From Nitrosotalea sp. (GTDB lineage Archaea > Thermoproteota > Nitrososphaeria > Nitrososphaerales > Nitrosopumilaceae): DNA of 45,275 nt. The notes under the pieces are model-generated. The model was not told where the DNA came from. It saw only the letters and a program-made list of their open reading frames with translations, and did not search any database. The position numbers and the translations under genes are program-made. Position 1 is the first letter of the stretch; each line of letters opens with the position of its first letter. Positions 18,843 to 28,556 of the stretch are shown here, piece after piece. Location of the stretch: assembly GCA_049795075.1 (NCBI GenBank), contig JBARDK010000076.1:1-45275 (forward strand), read 5' to 3'.

Positions 18843-19460
18843 GTGTTGTTTAAAAATCATGATGATGAATCTGAGAATTTAACTCCAAAATTAAAAGACA
18901 TTCTTTCACAAAAACAGATTAACTCTATTTTGTACTCTGATCCTTTTGTAAAAGCAGGCTTTATATCAAAACTTGTCAGTGAGGTAAAAACTAATGTGCT
19001 GTACTTGGATCTTGATTTGTTGTATAGTGGGTATGCAGTATCAGGTATAATTCCCTCACAAGACAATCTCACTTTGTATCAACCTTCTAAAGATACAATT
19101 GGTGACATGGTAACAGAGATACTGGTCAAGGCAAGTACGTCGCAAGTGCTGGTTGTAATAGATTCAATCAACGGTCTTTTCAACATGCTGCATCACAAAA
19201 AAGATGTTGGAAAGGTGGTAGCTTCAATTATTGTGTTGCTTGCAAGCATTACTCGTGTTACCAAGTCATATATTGTCATATTCAGCATGGCAAGATACAA
19301 GAAAGAAGAGGGCTGGGTTTTGTCACCAACCGGAAAACGATTCATTGAGACAAAAAACAGCAAGAAAATTCTGCTTGAGCAAGGAAAGGAAGGAATTATT
19401 GTGAGTCTCTTAGAAGATTCAAGCAAACTGCTGCTCTCAGCAAACTCTATTTCGATCTAG
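18843..19460 (+). CDS. Hypothetical protein, degenerate RecA/KaiC-like fold
   Basis: VLYLDLD and VVIDSINGL resemble RecA-family strands/Walker B; no recognisable Walker A. Confidence 0.55.
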   Translation: MLFKNHDDESENLTPKLKDILSQKQINSILYSDPFVKAGFISKLVSEVKTNVLYLDLDLLYSGYAVSGIIPSQDNLTLYQPSKDTIGDMVTEILVKASTSQVLVVIDSINGLFNMLHHKKDVGKVVASIIVLLASITRVTKSYIVIFSMARYKKEEGWVLSPTGKRFIETKNSKKILLEQGKEGIIVSLLEDSSKLLLSANSISI

Positions 19461-19732
19461 TCTAGTCTCTTGATTATGTGATATCCAAACTGCGTTTTTA
19501 CAATATCGGATATCTGTCCCTTTTCCAGTGCAAATGCAGCTTTGTCAAATTCCTTTACCATGGCACCTCTTCCAAAAAGGCCCAAGTCCCCACCTCTTTT
19601 CTTTGAAACATCGATTGAATATTGTTGGGCAAGATTTGCAAAACTCTCACCCTTTGATAATTTTGTTTTGATCTCTTGGGCCACACTCAATTTTTCTACC
19701 AATATGTGTGAACAATGAATTTTGGTTACCAT
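19457..19732 (-). CDS. Parvulin-type peptidyl-prolyl isomerase
   Basis: CSHILV, FANLAQQYS, GGDLG, MVKEF, TQFGYHIIK. Confidence 0.95.
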   Translation of the reverse strand: MVTKIHCSHILVEKLSVAQEIKTKLSKGESFANLAQQYSIDVSKKRGGDLGLFGRGAMVKEFDKAAFALEKGQISDIVKTQFGYHIIKRLD

Positions 19733-19904
19733 GATTACAGGTTGTTGACAAATTATAAAAAAACGTCGGTCCGAAAACTGGTTCTCATTCTAACTTTTTA
19801 GAATGAGCCGATCGAGTGCTAACACTGTTATAAAATTTTTAAACGCCGTTATAACACCGATTTTTTAGCAAGTTATATTAAGATCATTCAAAGCAATACT
19901 GAAC

Positions 19905-20204
19905 ATGCCAGTCGGAATTATTCCAGATATCGGCGAACAAATGTGCATAGGATGTGCACTCTGCGTAGAGATTTGTACATCACTAGGCCCAGACGTGTTA
20001 AGAGTAAAACCAGTAGAAGGCTGGAAGAGAGGTAAAGCATTTGTATTTTATCCAGAGAGATGCATCTCAGACGGTGCATGCATCGGCGTTTGCCCAACAA
20101 AGGCAATCTTCTGGATGAGACCAATGGACTTTACTCCAGGACAACCAGTACCACTGTACAGGAACTCTATATTCGTTAAAGGTTGGACTGAACTAGCCGA
20201 ATAG
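19905..20204 (+). CDS. 2[4Fe-4S] ferredoxin
   Basis: CIGCALCVEIC and CISDGACIGVCP (second motif has Asp at one Cys position). Confidence 0.9.
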   Translation: MPVGIIPDIGEQMCIGCALCVEICTSLGPDVLRVKPVEGWKRGKAFVFYPERCISDGACIGVCPTKAIFWMRPMDFTPGQPVPLYRNSIFVKGWTELAE

Positions 20205-20282
20205 GTTCAACATTAACTCCTTTTTATTATTCTCACCCTAACCTGCGGTTTCTAAATATATGGAATGTAATCATCTCTAGTA

Positions 20283-20777
20283 GTGAGCAAACCCGGTAAT
20301 CTCTGGAGAAAAATGTATGGTAAAATCACAAGAAAACCTACTAACTTTAGTTGGTTGCTTGACAACAAACTTGCAGGCAGTGGAATGCCAACCACACATT
20401 CAGAAATTGATTGGGTGGTAAAGCAGGGAGTCAGGTCAATAGTTACAATGACAGAAGAGTCTTTACCGGATTCGTGGGTAAAGGACGTAAAGTACTTGCA
20501 TGTACCAACAGAAGATTTTTCTGCTCCTAACATGGAACAGATTGATCAAGCAGTAGAGTTCATTCACGAAAGAATCCAAGATAACGAACCCGTTATGGTT
20601 CACTGTGCAGCTGGAATAGGAAGAACCGGGACCATTCTTGCATGCTATCTTGTAAAGCATCAAAAATTATCTGCAAAGGACGCCATAGAAAAAGTACGAA
20701 AAGAAAGACCGGGTTCGATCCAATCCGAATCTCAGGAATTAGCAATCAGCTTGTATTACAAGCATATACACAACTAA
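20283..20777 (+). CDS. Dual-specificity protein phosphatase
   Basis: Signature VHCAAGIGRTG; general-acid loop EDFSAP. Confidence 0.92.
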   Translation: MSKPGNLWRKMYGKITRKPTNFSWLLDNKLAGSGMPTTHSEIDWVVKQGVRSIVTMTEESLPDSWVKDVKYLHVPTEDFSAPNMEQIDQAVEFIHERIQDNEPVMVHCAAGIGRTGTILACYLVKHQKLSAKDAIEKVRKERPGSIQSESQELAISLYYKHIHN

Positions 20778-20933
20778 CTACTCTGGTATTGATGTAGTTA
20801 CCATCTTTCCATTTTCAAGTTTGATGAAGAGGAATCTGTTGTCTTTGAAGATCAGGGTTATCTCATTGTCTCTTTCAGACTTGTCTTCAACTTCAAGCAA
20901 TTCCTGTCCTCTAACACCGTCGAATTTTGCCAT
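20778..20933 (-). CDS. Small hypothetical protein (51 aa)
   Basis: Below track cutoff: MAKFDGVRGQELLEVEDKSERDNEITLIFKDNRFLFIKLENGKMVTTSIPE; fills the gap and abuts the phosphatase stop. Confidence 0.7.
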   Translation of the reverse strand: MAKFDGVRGQELLEVEDKSERDNEITLIFKDNRFLFIKLENGKMVTTSIPE

Positions 20934-20962
20934 GACGGTACTCTAATAATTCCATTTATATC

Positions 20963-21505
20963 CTATTTGGTGATTTCGATTTCTATTTCTTTAGAGTTAG
21001 TCTTGCCATCAAATTCTTCAGTATAGTCATGCTTGAACCAAGAGACATAGACCTCTGCACCAATCTTATGCTTTCCTGGGCCAAGATCAGATGCCTTGAT
21101 ATCTATTTTTTCGTCAAAATCAAGTAATAGCTGTTGCGCTTCTACTTGGTTCATTGGAACATGTGGTTCAAAGTTCTTGGATATCTGTACCCAGACCTTC
21201 TTTTCTGCCATCTGGGTAAGCTTTGGATTTCGTGTCCAGAAAAGAGCGGCCTTCTTGTACGTATCTAATGGCGTCCCTATCTCGCGTTTTCTTAATCCAC
21301 CGGAATAGAGCTTAATGCCATATTTGAGCTTGAATGTATTATCATGTTTGTTGTATGCGCGTTCCCAATTTTTTTCATTGAATGCTTCACGAAGTCCTCC
21401 GGTCACAGAGAATTTCACATTTATTGCTATGTTATCATTTACGCTGAATTTATCAAGAGATTTTTCTAACAAGACCTTATCTATTGTATTTTTTTCGTTT
21501 GCCAA
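20963..21505 (-). CDS. Hypothetical protein
   Basis: 180-aa ORF with normal composition. Confidence 0.7.
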   Translation of the reverse strand: MANEKNTIDKVLLEKSLDKFSVNDNIAINVKFSVTGGLREAFNEKNWERAYNKHDNTFKLKYGIKLYSGGLRKREIGTPLDTYKKAALFWTRNPKLTQMAEKKVWVQISKNFEPHVPMNQVEAQQLLLDFDEKIDIKASDLGPGKHKIGAEVYVSWFKHDYTEEFDGKTNSKEIEIEITK

Positions 21506-21550
21506 CTCTTCGTAATGATTTATATCATCAATAAGTGTTTTTTGACTTAC

Positions 21551-21832
21551 ATGGACATTCAGGTCAAAAAGTCTTCTACAAAGGAAGTTCTTCTAGATAT
21601 AAGAAAATCTGACATTGCCACACTATACATCGTCCAATACGAATTGCTCAAGGATCCTACAGTAGAATTTGCAGCCGTAGTGCTAAAGCATCCACTAACC
21701 AAGGAATACGCAATGCGCGTAAACACATCCAAAGGCAGCCCGATCAAGGAAATTGAAAAGTCTATCAAGGTTGCACTAAACTATTCTGCTGAAATAAAAA
21801 AGGCAATCAATTCAAAAATAAAAGGTGCATAG
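21551..21832 (+). CDS. rpo11: RNA polymerase subunit Rpo11 (RpoL)
   Basis: ELLKDPTVEFAA...HPL pattern; directly upstream of tfs; ATG 21551 preferred to 21515. Confidence 0.8.
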   Translation: MDIQVKKSSTKEVLLDIRKSDIATLYIVQYELLKDPTVEFAAVVLKHPLTKEYAMRVNTSKGSPIKEIEKSIKVALNYSAEIKKAINSKIKGA

Positions 21833-22147
21833 ATGAAATTTTGCCCCAAGTGTGAAGCTAGGCTTAAGCTAGCTGATTCTGAGTCTGAATTTGTATGTCC
21901 TAAATGTAGTTATAGCGAGAAAGGCACCAAGGCAAAAAAACGGGCAAAGGCGGAGGACCGCTCTACAATTAACATACTTGATGAAAAAGAAAAAAAAGAA
22001 ACATTGCCTGTCATAAAGATTGAATGTACAAAGTGCGGCAATAACGAAGCCGTGTGGTGGATGCTTCAAACTAGAAGTGCGGATGAACCCACTACACAAT
22101 TTTATCGTTGTGTAAGTTGCAGCTACACGTGGCGAAATTACGCATAA
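21833..22147 (+). CDS. tfs: Transcription factor S
   Basis: MKFCPKC zinc ribbon; C-terminal QTRSADEPTTQFYRC. Confidence 0.95.
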   Translation: MKFCPKCEARLKLADSESEFVCPKCSYSEKGTKAKKRAKAEDRSTINILDEKEKKETLPVIKIECTKCGNNEAVWWMLQTRSADEPTTQFYRCVSCSYTWRNYA

Positions 22148-22261
22148 AGACTCTGCAAGTTTACGGTTCATGATATTATGCCATCAATCAAGTTATTACA
22201 AAATAACCTTGACAGAACTCGCATAAGGTTTAACTTGAACATGTTAGACATGTGAATAAGT

Positions 22262-23008
22262 TTGGTATTTTCTGCAAAGACCGGAGGTTCTGATGAATGG
22301 AAAGCAGTAATATCTGCTATTTCCACCTTGGTAGAAGAAGCAACCTTTGAGGCCACGGGTGAAGGAATTGCTTTCCGAGGAATGGATCCTTCTCATGTTG
22401 CATTAATTGATATTGCGTGGCCTAATTCTGCATTTGAAAAATATGTCTGCGATGCAGATGTAAAGTTTGGTGTAAGGATTGATGAGTTTGCCAAGTTAAT
22501 CAAGAGATCTGACAAAAAAGACAATATCGAGATCAGCATTACAGAGGAAAAATTACTACTTGTTACTATTGGAAAAAATAAGAAATACAAAATGAGGCTG
22601 ATAGAAAGTTCTGCAACAGATACTCCTTTACCAAAAATTACCTATAACGCAAAGGTTGTTGTAACTTCAACTGAATTTGATAAAATTCTAGGTGACATTC
22701 AGGTAGTTTCAGAATATCTCTCAATTACTGCCAGTTCCAACAAAGCAGAATTTTCTGGCAGGGGTGACTCGGGTGAGGCAGTGATCACGCTAGAGAAGGG
22801 AATGCCTGAGATGCCAGAAATTGAAGTCAAAGAAGACAGTACAGCAACTTATAGTCTTGACTATCTTAACAGCGTTGTAAAGGCGGTAGGATCTATAGCT
22901 GGTACGGTTGCATGTGAATATTCTACCAAAATGCCACTGAGACTAGAGTTTAAGGTTGCAAATGTGGGTAGAATTCATTTCTATCTGGCTCCAAGAGTTG
23001 AAAGTTAA
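22262..23008 (+). CDS. pcn: PCNA sliding clamp
   Basis: MDPSHVALI, YSLDYL, FYLAPRVE. Confidence 0.96.
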   Translation: MVFSAKTGGSDEWKAVISAISTLVEEATFEATGEGIAFRGMDPSHVALIDIAWPNSAFEKYVCDADVKFGVRIDEFAKLIKRSDKKDNIEISITEEKLLLVTIGKNKKYKMRLIESSATDTPLPKITYNAKVVVTSTEFDKILGDIQVVSEYLSITASSNKAEFSGRGDSGEAVITLEKGMPEMPEIEVKEDSTATYSLDYLNSVVKAVGSIAGTVACEYSTKMPLRLEFKVANVGRIHFYLAPRVES

Positions 23009-23045
23009 AAGCATTTTAAGGATATTATAGTCAGGTAATACTGGT

Positions 23046-24446
23046 TTGAAGCTAGTCCTAAAGTTTGGTGGAACATCAATCGCTTCTGTAGCAAACATTC
23101 GAAATGTAGCCAATTTGATAAAATCACTTTCAAAAGAACACAAGGTAGTTCCAGTCTTTTCAGCAATGAGCGGCATAACAGACGACCTGATTAGAATAAC
23201 AAATCATATCAAAGACAGGAACACAGAAGCTGCCAATTCTCTGGCAAAAAAAATTATCAAGATGCACATGGATATTTCTAATCAATGCGTAAAAAATCCA
23301 AAAATCCGAAAGGATCTAGTAAACAAGATGAGAGCTGACCTCGATGAGCTTGAGGAACTACTCCATGGCATGTTGCTTCTTAGGGAAGTAACTCCGCGAT
23401 CTTCTGACTATTTGATTTCTTTTGGAGAAAGATTATCAGTTAATCTTATTGCGTTTACATTAAATGACATAGGCGTCAAGGCAGTACCGCTCGCAGGAAA
23501 AGATGCTGGAATTGTCACCGATTCAAATTTTGGTGAAGCAAAACCATTAATGGATACCACGAGGTTGCACGTATCCCATAAAATTGAAAGCCTTTCACAG
23601 AAGAAGATAATGCCAGTAATAGGAGGTTTTGCAGGTGCGGATCAGCACGGTAACATAACTACATTTGGTAGAGGAGGGTCTGACTATACTGCTACAATAA
23701 TTGCATCCAGCATAAAGGCTGATGAAGTGTGGTTGATGAGTGACGTGGATGGACTGATGACAACAGATCCAAAGATTGTAAAAAATGCCAAGCTCATCAA
23801 AGAAGTATCATATGTTGAAGCCATGGAGATGGCTCTATTTGGCGCAAAACAAATTCATCCAAGATCTCTTGAACCACTAGTTACAAAAAAAATCATACTA
23901 AGAATTAGAAATACGTTTAACATAAAAAATCCCGGCACACTTGTAACAGCAGACCCACAAGCTGATACACAAAAGACAGTAAAGTGTGTAAGCGCAATAA
24001 GGCACACGGGACTAATTGATGTGAGAGGAGGAAGCATGGTAGGCGCTCCTGGTACTGCGGCCACAATATTTTCTACTCTTGCAAAAGCTGGAGTCAATGT
24101 AATGATGATCTCTCAGAGTCCATCAGAGTCAAGCATATCAATTATTGTAAAAAAGAATGACATGGATAAAGCTGTTAATGTACTTGAGATGAACCTGCTT
24201 GGTAAAATAATCAAAAAAGTAGATGTTACTATAGATGTCTCAATTATAGCACTAATTGGATCTGGAATGAGAGGAATAGCCGGTGTTGCATCAAAGGTAT
24301 TTACTGCAGTAGCAAAAAAGGGCGTAAACGTGATAATGATTGCACAAGGCTCATCTGAACTTAACATTGCCTTTGTTGTCAAGGACTCGGACTGTAATGC
24401 AGCAGTACAAGCATTGCACGATGAATTTGATTTGGCAAAAACTTAG
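23046..24446 (+). CDS. lysC: Aspartate kinase
   Basis: LKFGGTS, SFGERLS, GRGGSDYTA, SDVDG; two ACT domains. Confidence 0.94.
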   Translation: MKLVLKFGGTSIASVANIRNVANLIKSLSKEHKVVPVFSAMSGITDDLIRITNHIKDRNTEAANSLAKKIIKMHMDISNQCVKNPKIRKDLVNKMRADLDELEELLHGMLLLREVTPRSSDYLISFGERLSVNLIAFTLNDIGVKAVPLAGKDAGIVTDSNFGEAKPLMDTTRLHVSHKIESLSQKKIMPVIGGFAGADQHGNITTFGRGGSDYTATIIASSIKADEVWLMSDVDGLMTTDPKIVKNAKLIKEVSYVEAMEMALFGAKQIHPRSLEPLVTKKIILRIRNTFNIKNPGTLVTADPQADTQKTVKCVSAIRHTGLIDVRGGSMVGAPGTAATIFSTLAKAGVNVMMISQSPSESSISIIVKKNDMDKAVNVLEMNLLGKIIKKVDVTIDVSIIALIGSGMRGIAGVASKVFTAVAKKGVNVIMIAQGSSELNIAFVVKDSDCNAAVQALHDEFDLAKT

Positions 24447-24496
24447 GTACATTTTACTGAAAGCATATTTATGCTGATCAGGCATTTTGAAGCACT

Positions 24497-25957
24497 ATGA
24501 ACAGGTTGCTTATTGCAGTAATTATTGCAGTTACGGTCGGCGTCATATTTTCAATTCCTCTATTATCTAATAATTTAGCTACTGCGGGAACTGTTAAAAA
24601 AATACAATTTACTCAAACCCTGACATCATCACAAGACCCGGGACTTGGGCATAGTGATGAGCAGCTTGCAATGGTATTGATGCCAAATAATGGGACTCTA
24701 TACACTGGTACACTAACATATACTGCAAGCGAGCCGGTTCAAATTGTAATTCTTCATCAAATCGATAAAAGCGACTCAAAAGGCCAGCCTGTATGGACGG
24801 TTGATAATAATACAATTTACGCTGAAACCATAATTAATTCAGACTCTAATGGCGGAACTCTTGATTTTACAGGATCGGCAATTGGACTTCATTACACAAA
24901 CTCATCTCAATTTACTGCAACAATGAGTATTGATGGATGGATAAGGGGCACAACACCAGAGTTTCTACAAAATAACACTCAAGTTATTTCTGAAAACAAT
25001 TTGAAATTATCTAGGGCGGAGATTCCTGTAACCCTACCTCTACACAAGGGATCATACAATGGAGAGCCAGTATACTATATCATCACTGATTCAAGCAACA
25101 GCATGGAAGCAAATCAAATATCTGCCAAACAAAACTGGAAGGTGCAGCAATCTCCTCTCTTGGCTCAAGCGCCACAAAAACTACTCAGCAAGATGTATGT
25201 GTTTACAAATGGAATAACCGGTAATGGAACCCAAGGGTACCAAGACGAAGTGTTTTCTGATACACCATCAGATAGCAACTATACGCCACTTAGTCTAATA
25301 GTACAAGCCGCATGGAATCCAGGAAGAAACCCACAAGTTCTAAACTCTACAAAAGATATTCTTGCTGCAAATGCAACAGGTACACTAGCACTAACTGTCA
25401 CCGATAATGTGGTCAATACTCCACAAATAGTTTGGCCAGGTGGTCAGATGACTGCCAGAAATAACACGGAATTATCTGATCAAACAGCATACGCTGGAAG
25501 TCAAGTACTCAATATAGATACTGCAAGCAAGTCTGTTACTTTTGTAGCTCATAGGGGATGGGGTCCAGATGGAAAGACAATTTATTATATAATTACAAGC
25601 GGCACGCCTGACGGTCCTGCAAAAATGATGGGATTGATGAATACTCCAGCATTGTCATTACTCTCGTCTGCTGCAAGAGATCTTTACAATTTTGCTAATG
25701 GTATCAAGAGCGGTGGACCATTTGGTTTTCAAGAAGGAATTTCTGGTGCGCAACTAGGCAATGCCAAATATTCTCCCATTTGCAAAGTATCGATGGTAAC
25801 GTGGATAAATCCTCAAAATGCGACATTGTTGGAAAACATGAATGACATTAACTTTGAAGAATCTCAAGGAACAATCACTGTACAGCCTGCACTAGTATTC
25901 AATAACAACTACATTATTGATTGCTCCATCATTGAGATTCCAAAAAACAGCTCATGA
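24497..25957 (+). CDS. Secreted/surface hypothetical protein with an internally duplicated domain
   Basis: N-terminal signal/TM; repeated YYIIT...Y.F.NGI...G..G.Q...Y(T/S)P...W modules. Confidence 0.7.
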   Translation: MNRLLIAVIIAVTVGVIFSIPLLSNNLATAGTVKKIQFTQTLTSSQDPGLGHSDEQLAMVLMPNNGTLYTGTLTYTASEPVQIVILHQIDKSDSKGQPVWTVDNNTIYAETIINSDSNGGTLDFTGSAIGLHYTNSSQFTATMSIDGWIRGTTPEFLQNNTQVISENNLKLSRAEIPVTLPLHKGSYNGEPVYYIITDSSNSMEANQISAKQNWKVQQSPLLAQAPQKLLSKMYVFTNGITGNGTQGYQDEVFSDTPSDSNYTPLSLIVQAAWNPGRNPQVLNSTKDILAANATGTLALTVTDNVVNTPQIVWPGGQMTARNNTELSDQTAYAGSQVLNIDTASKSVTFVAHRGWGPDGKTIYYIITSGTPDGPAKMMGLMNTPALSLLSSAARDLYNFANGIKSGGPFGFQEGISGAQLGNAKYSPICKVSMVTWINPQNATLLENMNDINFEESQGTITVQPALVFNNNYIIDCSIIEIPKNSS

Positions 25958-25988
25958 AAAGGGATAAATTTACTCTAAAAATTTCTTA

Positions 25989-26777
25989 GTGTTGATGGAT
26001 GGTAAATTATACATTGTAGGCGTAGGACCGGGTCATCATGATCACATGACTTTTCGAGCTAAACAGGTAATTGAAGAAAGTAATACAATTGTAGGATATG
26101 AAACGTATGTAAATTTGGTAGAAGATCTCATTGAAGGAAAGGAAGTTCATAGATATGCCATGACGCAAGAAGTTGAGCGAGCTCATCAATGCATCGAACT
26201 TGCAAAGGCAGGCAAGATAGTTTCTCTGGTCTCAAGTGGAGATCCAGGCATTTATGGAATGGCAGGCTTGATTTACGAAGTTCTAGCCGAAGAAGGCTGG
26301 GACAGAAAAACTGGCCTATACGTTGAGATAGTTCCAGGAGTCTCCTCTCTTAACTCATGTGCGGCATTAGTTGGCTCGCCACTAATGACTGATTTTGCAG
26401 TAGTTAGTATGAGTGACTTGCTTGTACCATGGGAGATTATAATGAAAAGAGTTGAAGCGGCAGCACAAGGAGATTTTGTAATTGTGATATACAATCCTGC
26501 AAGCAAGAAAAGAATTCACCAACTACAAGACGCAAGAAAAATTCTGCTAAAATATCGAACCCCAAACACTCCAGTAGCAATAGTCAAGGGGGCATACAGA
26601 GAATCACAGGAGGTTGTTTTGACTGATCTGGAAAACATGGAAAATCATCAAGACAAACTAGGAATGATTACTACTGTGATAATAGGCAACTCTTCTACGT
26701 ACAGATACAATGACATGATGATTAACCCTCGTGGATACACATCAAAATACAATATAGCAGAACCTCAGACAATCTGA
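25989..26777 (+). CDS. cbiH: Precorrin-3B C17-methyltransferase (CbiH/CobJ)
   Basis: VGVGPG, SSGDPGIYGMAG, SMSDLLVPW, YNPAS, NPRGY. Confidence 0.93.
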   Translation: MLMDGKLYIVGVGPGHHDHMTFRAKQVIEESNTIVGYETYVNLVEDLIEGKEVHRYAMTQEVERAHQCIELAKAGKIVSLVSSGDPGIYGMAGLIYEVLAEEGWDRKTGLYVEIVPGVSSLNSCAALVGSPLMTDFAVVSMSDLLVPWEIIMKRVEAAAQGDFVIVIYNPASKKRIHQLQDARKILLKYRTPNTPVAIVKGAYRESQEVVLTDLENMENHQDKLGMITTVIIGNSSTYRYNDMMINPRGYTSKYNIAEPQTI

Positions 26778-26795
26778 AGGTACCATGAGATCAAT

Positions 26796-27851
26796 TCAGG
26801 TAGTTGCTTTGATTGATTCATAGAGCTCTGTAGACAAAGCCAGCTTCTCTCCTATTGGCCTGACTATATCAGATACATATTTTCCTGCACTAGTTTTCAA
26901 GTCGGAAGGATGTATCTTCTTTTCTGAAAAGTCCTTTTCTAGCTGTTGATAACTAGTGTAGCTCACATTACCTCCAAATTTCTCTGGCCTTTCTATAGTA
27001 ATTTCGTTGAATTGATGAAATACGACATACCTGAAAATTTCAAGGATGGGGTTTTTCTCTACTGCTCCTTCAGGACACCAAGCTTTTTTGAATTTGGATT
27101 TTATCTCCTCTTCTGAATCATGGATAAATATTCCTGATGTTGACTTTGATTTGCTCATTTTACTTGAGATAACTTGTGAATCAGAATCAGTCCCAGTCTC
27201 TGGCTCGCCTAGGCCTGCAAGTATGTGATGGTGAACTGCTACCGGTACCTTCCACTTCATCTTGGGGAAGATTTCTCGCACCAGCATGTGTATTTTCCTT
27301 TGATCCATTCCTGCATGTACTATATCCAGATCCATGGAATGAATGTCTACAGCTTGCATGGGCGGATAGAAGAGCTGGCCCAGCTCAATCTTGTCTTTGT
27401 CGGCACTTCTTCCCATTATTGTAAGCGAGCGCATTGTTCTGTCAAGCGACATGTTTTTTGCAAATTTGACCAAATCCATCCAATAGTCCTTTCTTGACTC
27501 GTAAAGTTCAGAGCCTCCGATAATTTCTACACCTGGACAAAATAGTTTGAAAGCATCAGCGTAATATTTTGAGACCATCTTGATCTTGTCCCAATCTCCT
27601 CCCAACTTGTTATTGATGTAAGTGTGCCAGTCTGCCAAAAATACGGTACACTTTACTCCAGCTTTGATAAAGTCATTTATCTTAAATCCAGTCAGTATCA
27701 AACTTCCAAGGTGCAAAAAACCAGAAATCTCTAACCCGATGTAATGCTTGGGATGGGCGTTTGTGTTAAACAGGTTAAGCAGTTCTTCCTGCGTAACTAC
27801 TTCTTCAGTAGGGTCTTTTGTAACAAGTTTGATTTTTTCTGTAACATCCAC
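26796..27851 (-). CDS. tyrS: Tyrosine--tRNA ligase (archaeal type)
   Basis: YIGLEISGFLHLG, YPPMQAVD, GMDQRK, KMSKS. Confidence 0.95.
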   Translation of the reverse strand: MDVTEKIKLVTKDPTEEVVTQEELLNLFNTNAHPKHYIGLEISGFLHLGSLILTGFKINDFIKAGVKCTVFLADWHTYINNKLGGDWDKIKMVSKYYADAFKLFCPGVEIIGGSELYESRKDYWMDLVKFAKNMSLDRTMRSLTIMGRSADKDKIELGQLFYPPMQAVDIHSMDLDIVHAGMDQRKIHMLVREIFPKMKWKVPVAVHHHILAGLGEPETGTDSDSQVISSKMSKSKSTSGIFIHDSEEEIKSKFKKAWCPEGAVEKNPILEIFRYVVFHQFNEITIERPEKFGGNVSYTSYQQLEKDFSEKKIHPSDLKTSAGKYVSDIVRPIGEKLALSTELYESIKATT

Positions 27852-27902
27852 TTCGAGTCAGATTTTCCCTTGTTATGCTATAAAGTTACGGGTTCTGTCA
27901 AG

Positions 27903-28466
27903 TTACGCATCAAGATCATCTGCTTTCTTTCTTGGCCTTGTGCTAAGATATAGTGCGTGTGAGCTTATGATAACGGCAGCAAGAAACATTTTTGTTGCAA
28001 AGTTGAGGTTCCATGGCCTGCTAGGATCAGGATAAGCTATTGTTAAAGAGTCTATATCCGGAACCTTTCCATTAATAATTCCAGCCGTAATCTGTGCATT
28101 AAGAACAATAAAGTTGTAAATTGCCTCATACAGGCATATTGCTGCCAGTCCTGCCAACATTAGCTGTACTAGTGTGAGTTGCCAAGAAGGAACCCCCACG
28201 GTTCTCTTCCAGCCAATTCTTGTCACACAATACCAGCCAAGTATTGAAGAAAAGAAAAGCCACGAGGTTAGCTTGGCAAAATGAGCCGTAGGAAATTCGG
28301 TCTTTTCTAATATCTCGCCCATCACATATGTTCCATTTTTTTGCCATTCTTGGGTCATACCATAAATTCCATAGAAAGTTATGGATAACATTATGAATCC
28401 GCATGCGTAGAAAATGTAAAGATATACTTTGTATCCTGACTGATCCTTCTCCAAACCAATCTTCAT
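27903..28466 (-). CDS. Hypothetical membrane protein (~4 TM)
   Basis: Four hydrophobic segments. Confidence 0.7.
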   Translation of the reverse strand: MKIGLEKDQSGYKVYLYIFYACGFIMLSITFYGIYGMTQEWQKNGTYVMGEILEKTEFPTAHFAKLTSWLFFSSILGWYCVTRIGWKRTVGVPSWQLTLVQLMLAGLAAICLYEAIYNFIVLNAQITAGIINGKVPDIDSLTIAYPDPSRPWNLNFATKMFLAAVIISSHALYLSTRPRKKADDLDA

Positions 28467-28556
28467 TAAACTACGATTGATCCCACCTGAAATATAAGAA
28501 TTGGTTTTATTTTCATTCGGAAGTTTAATTATAGTATAAAGTTTGATAATACATAA

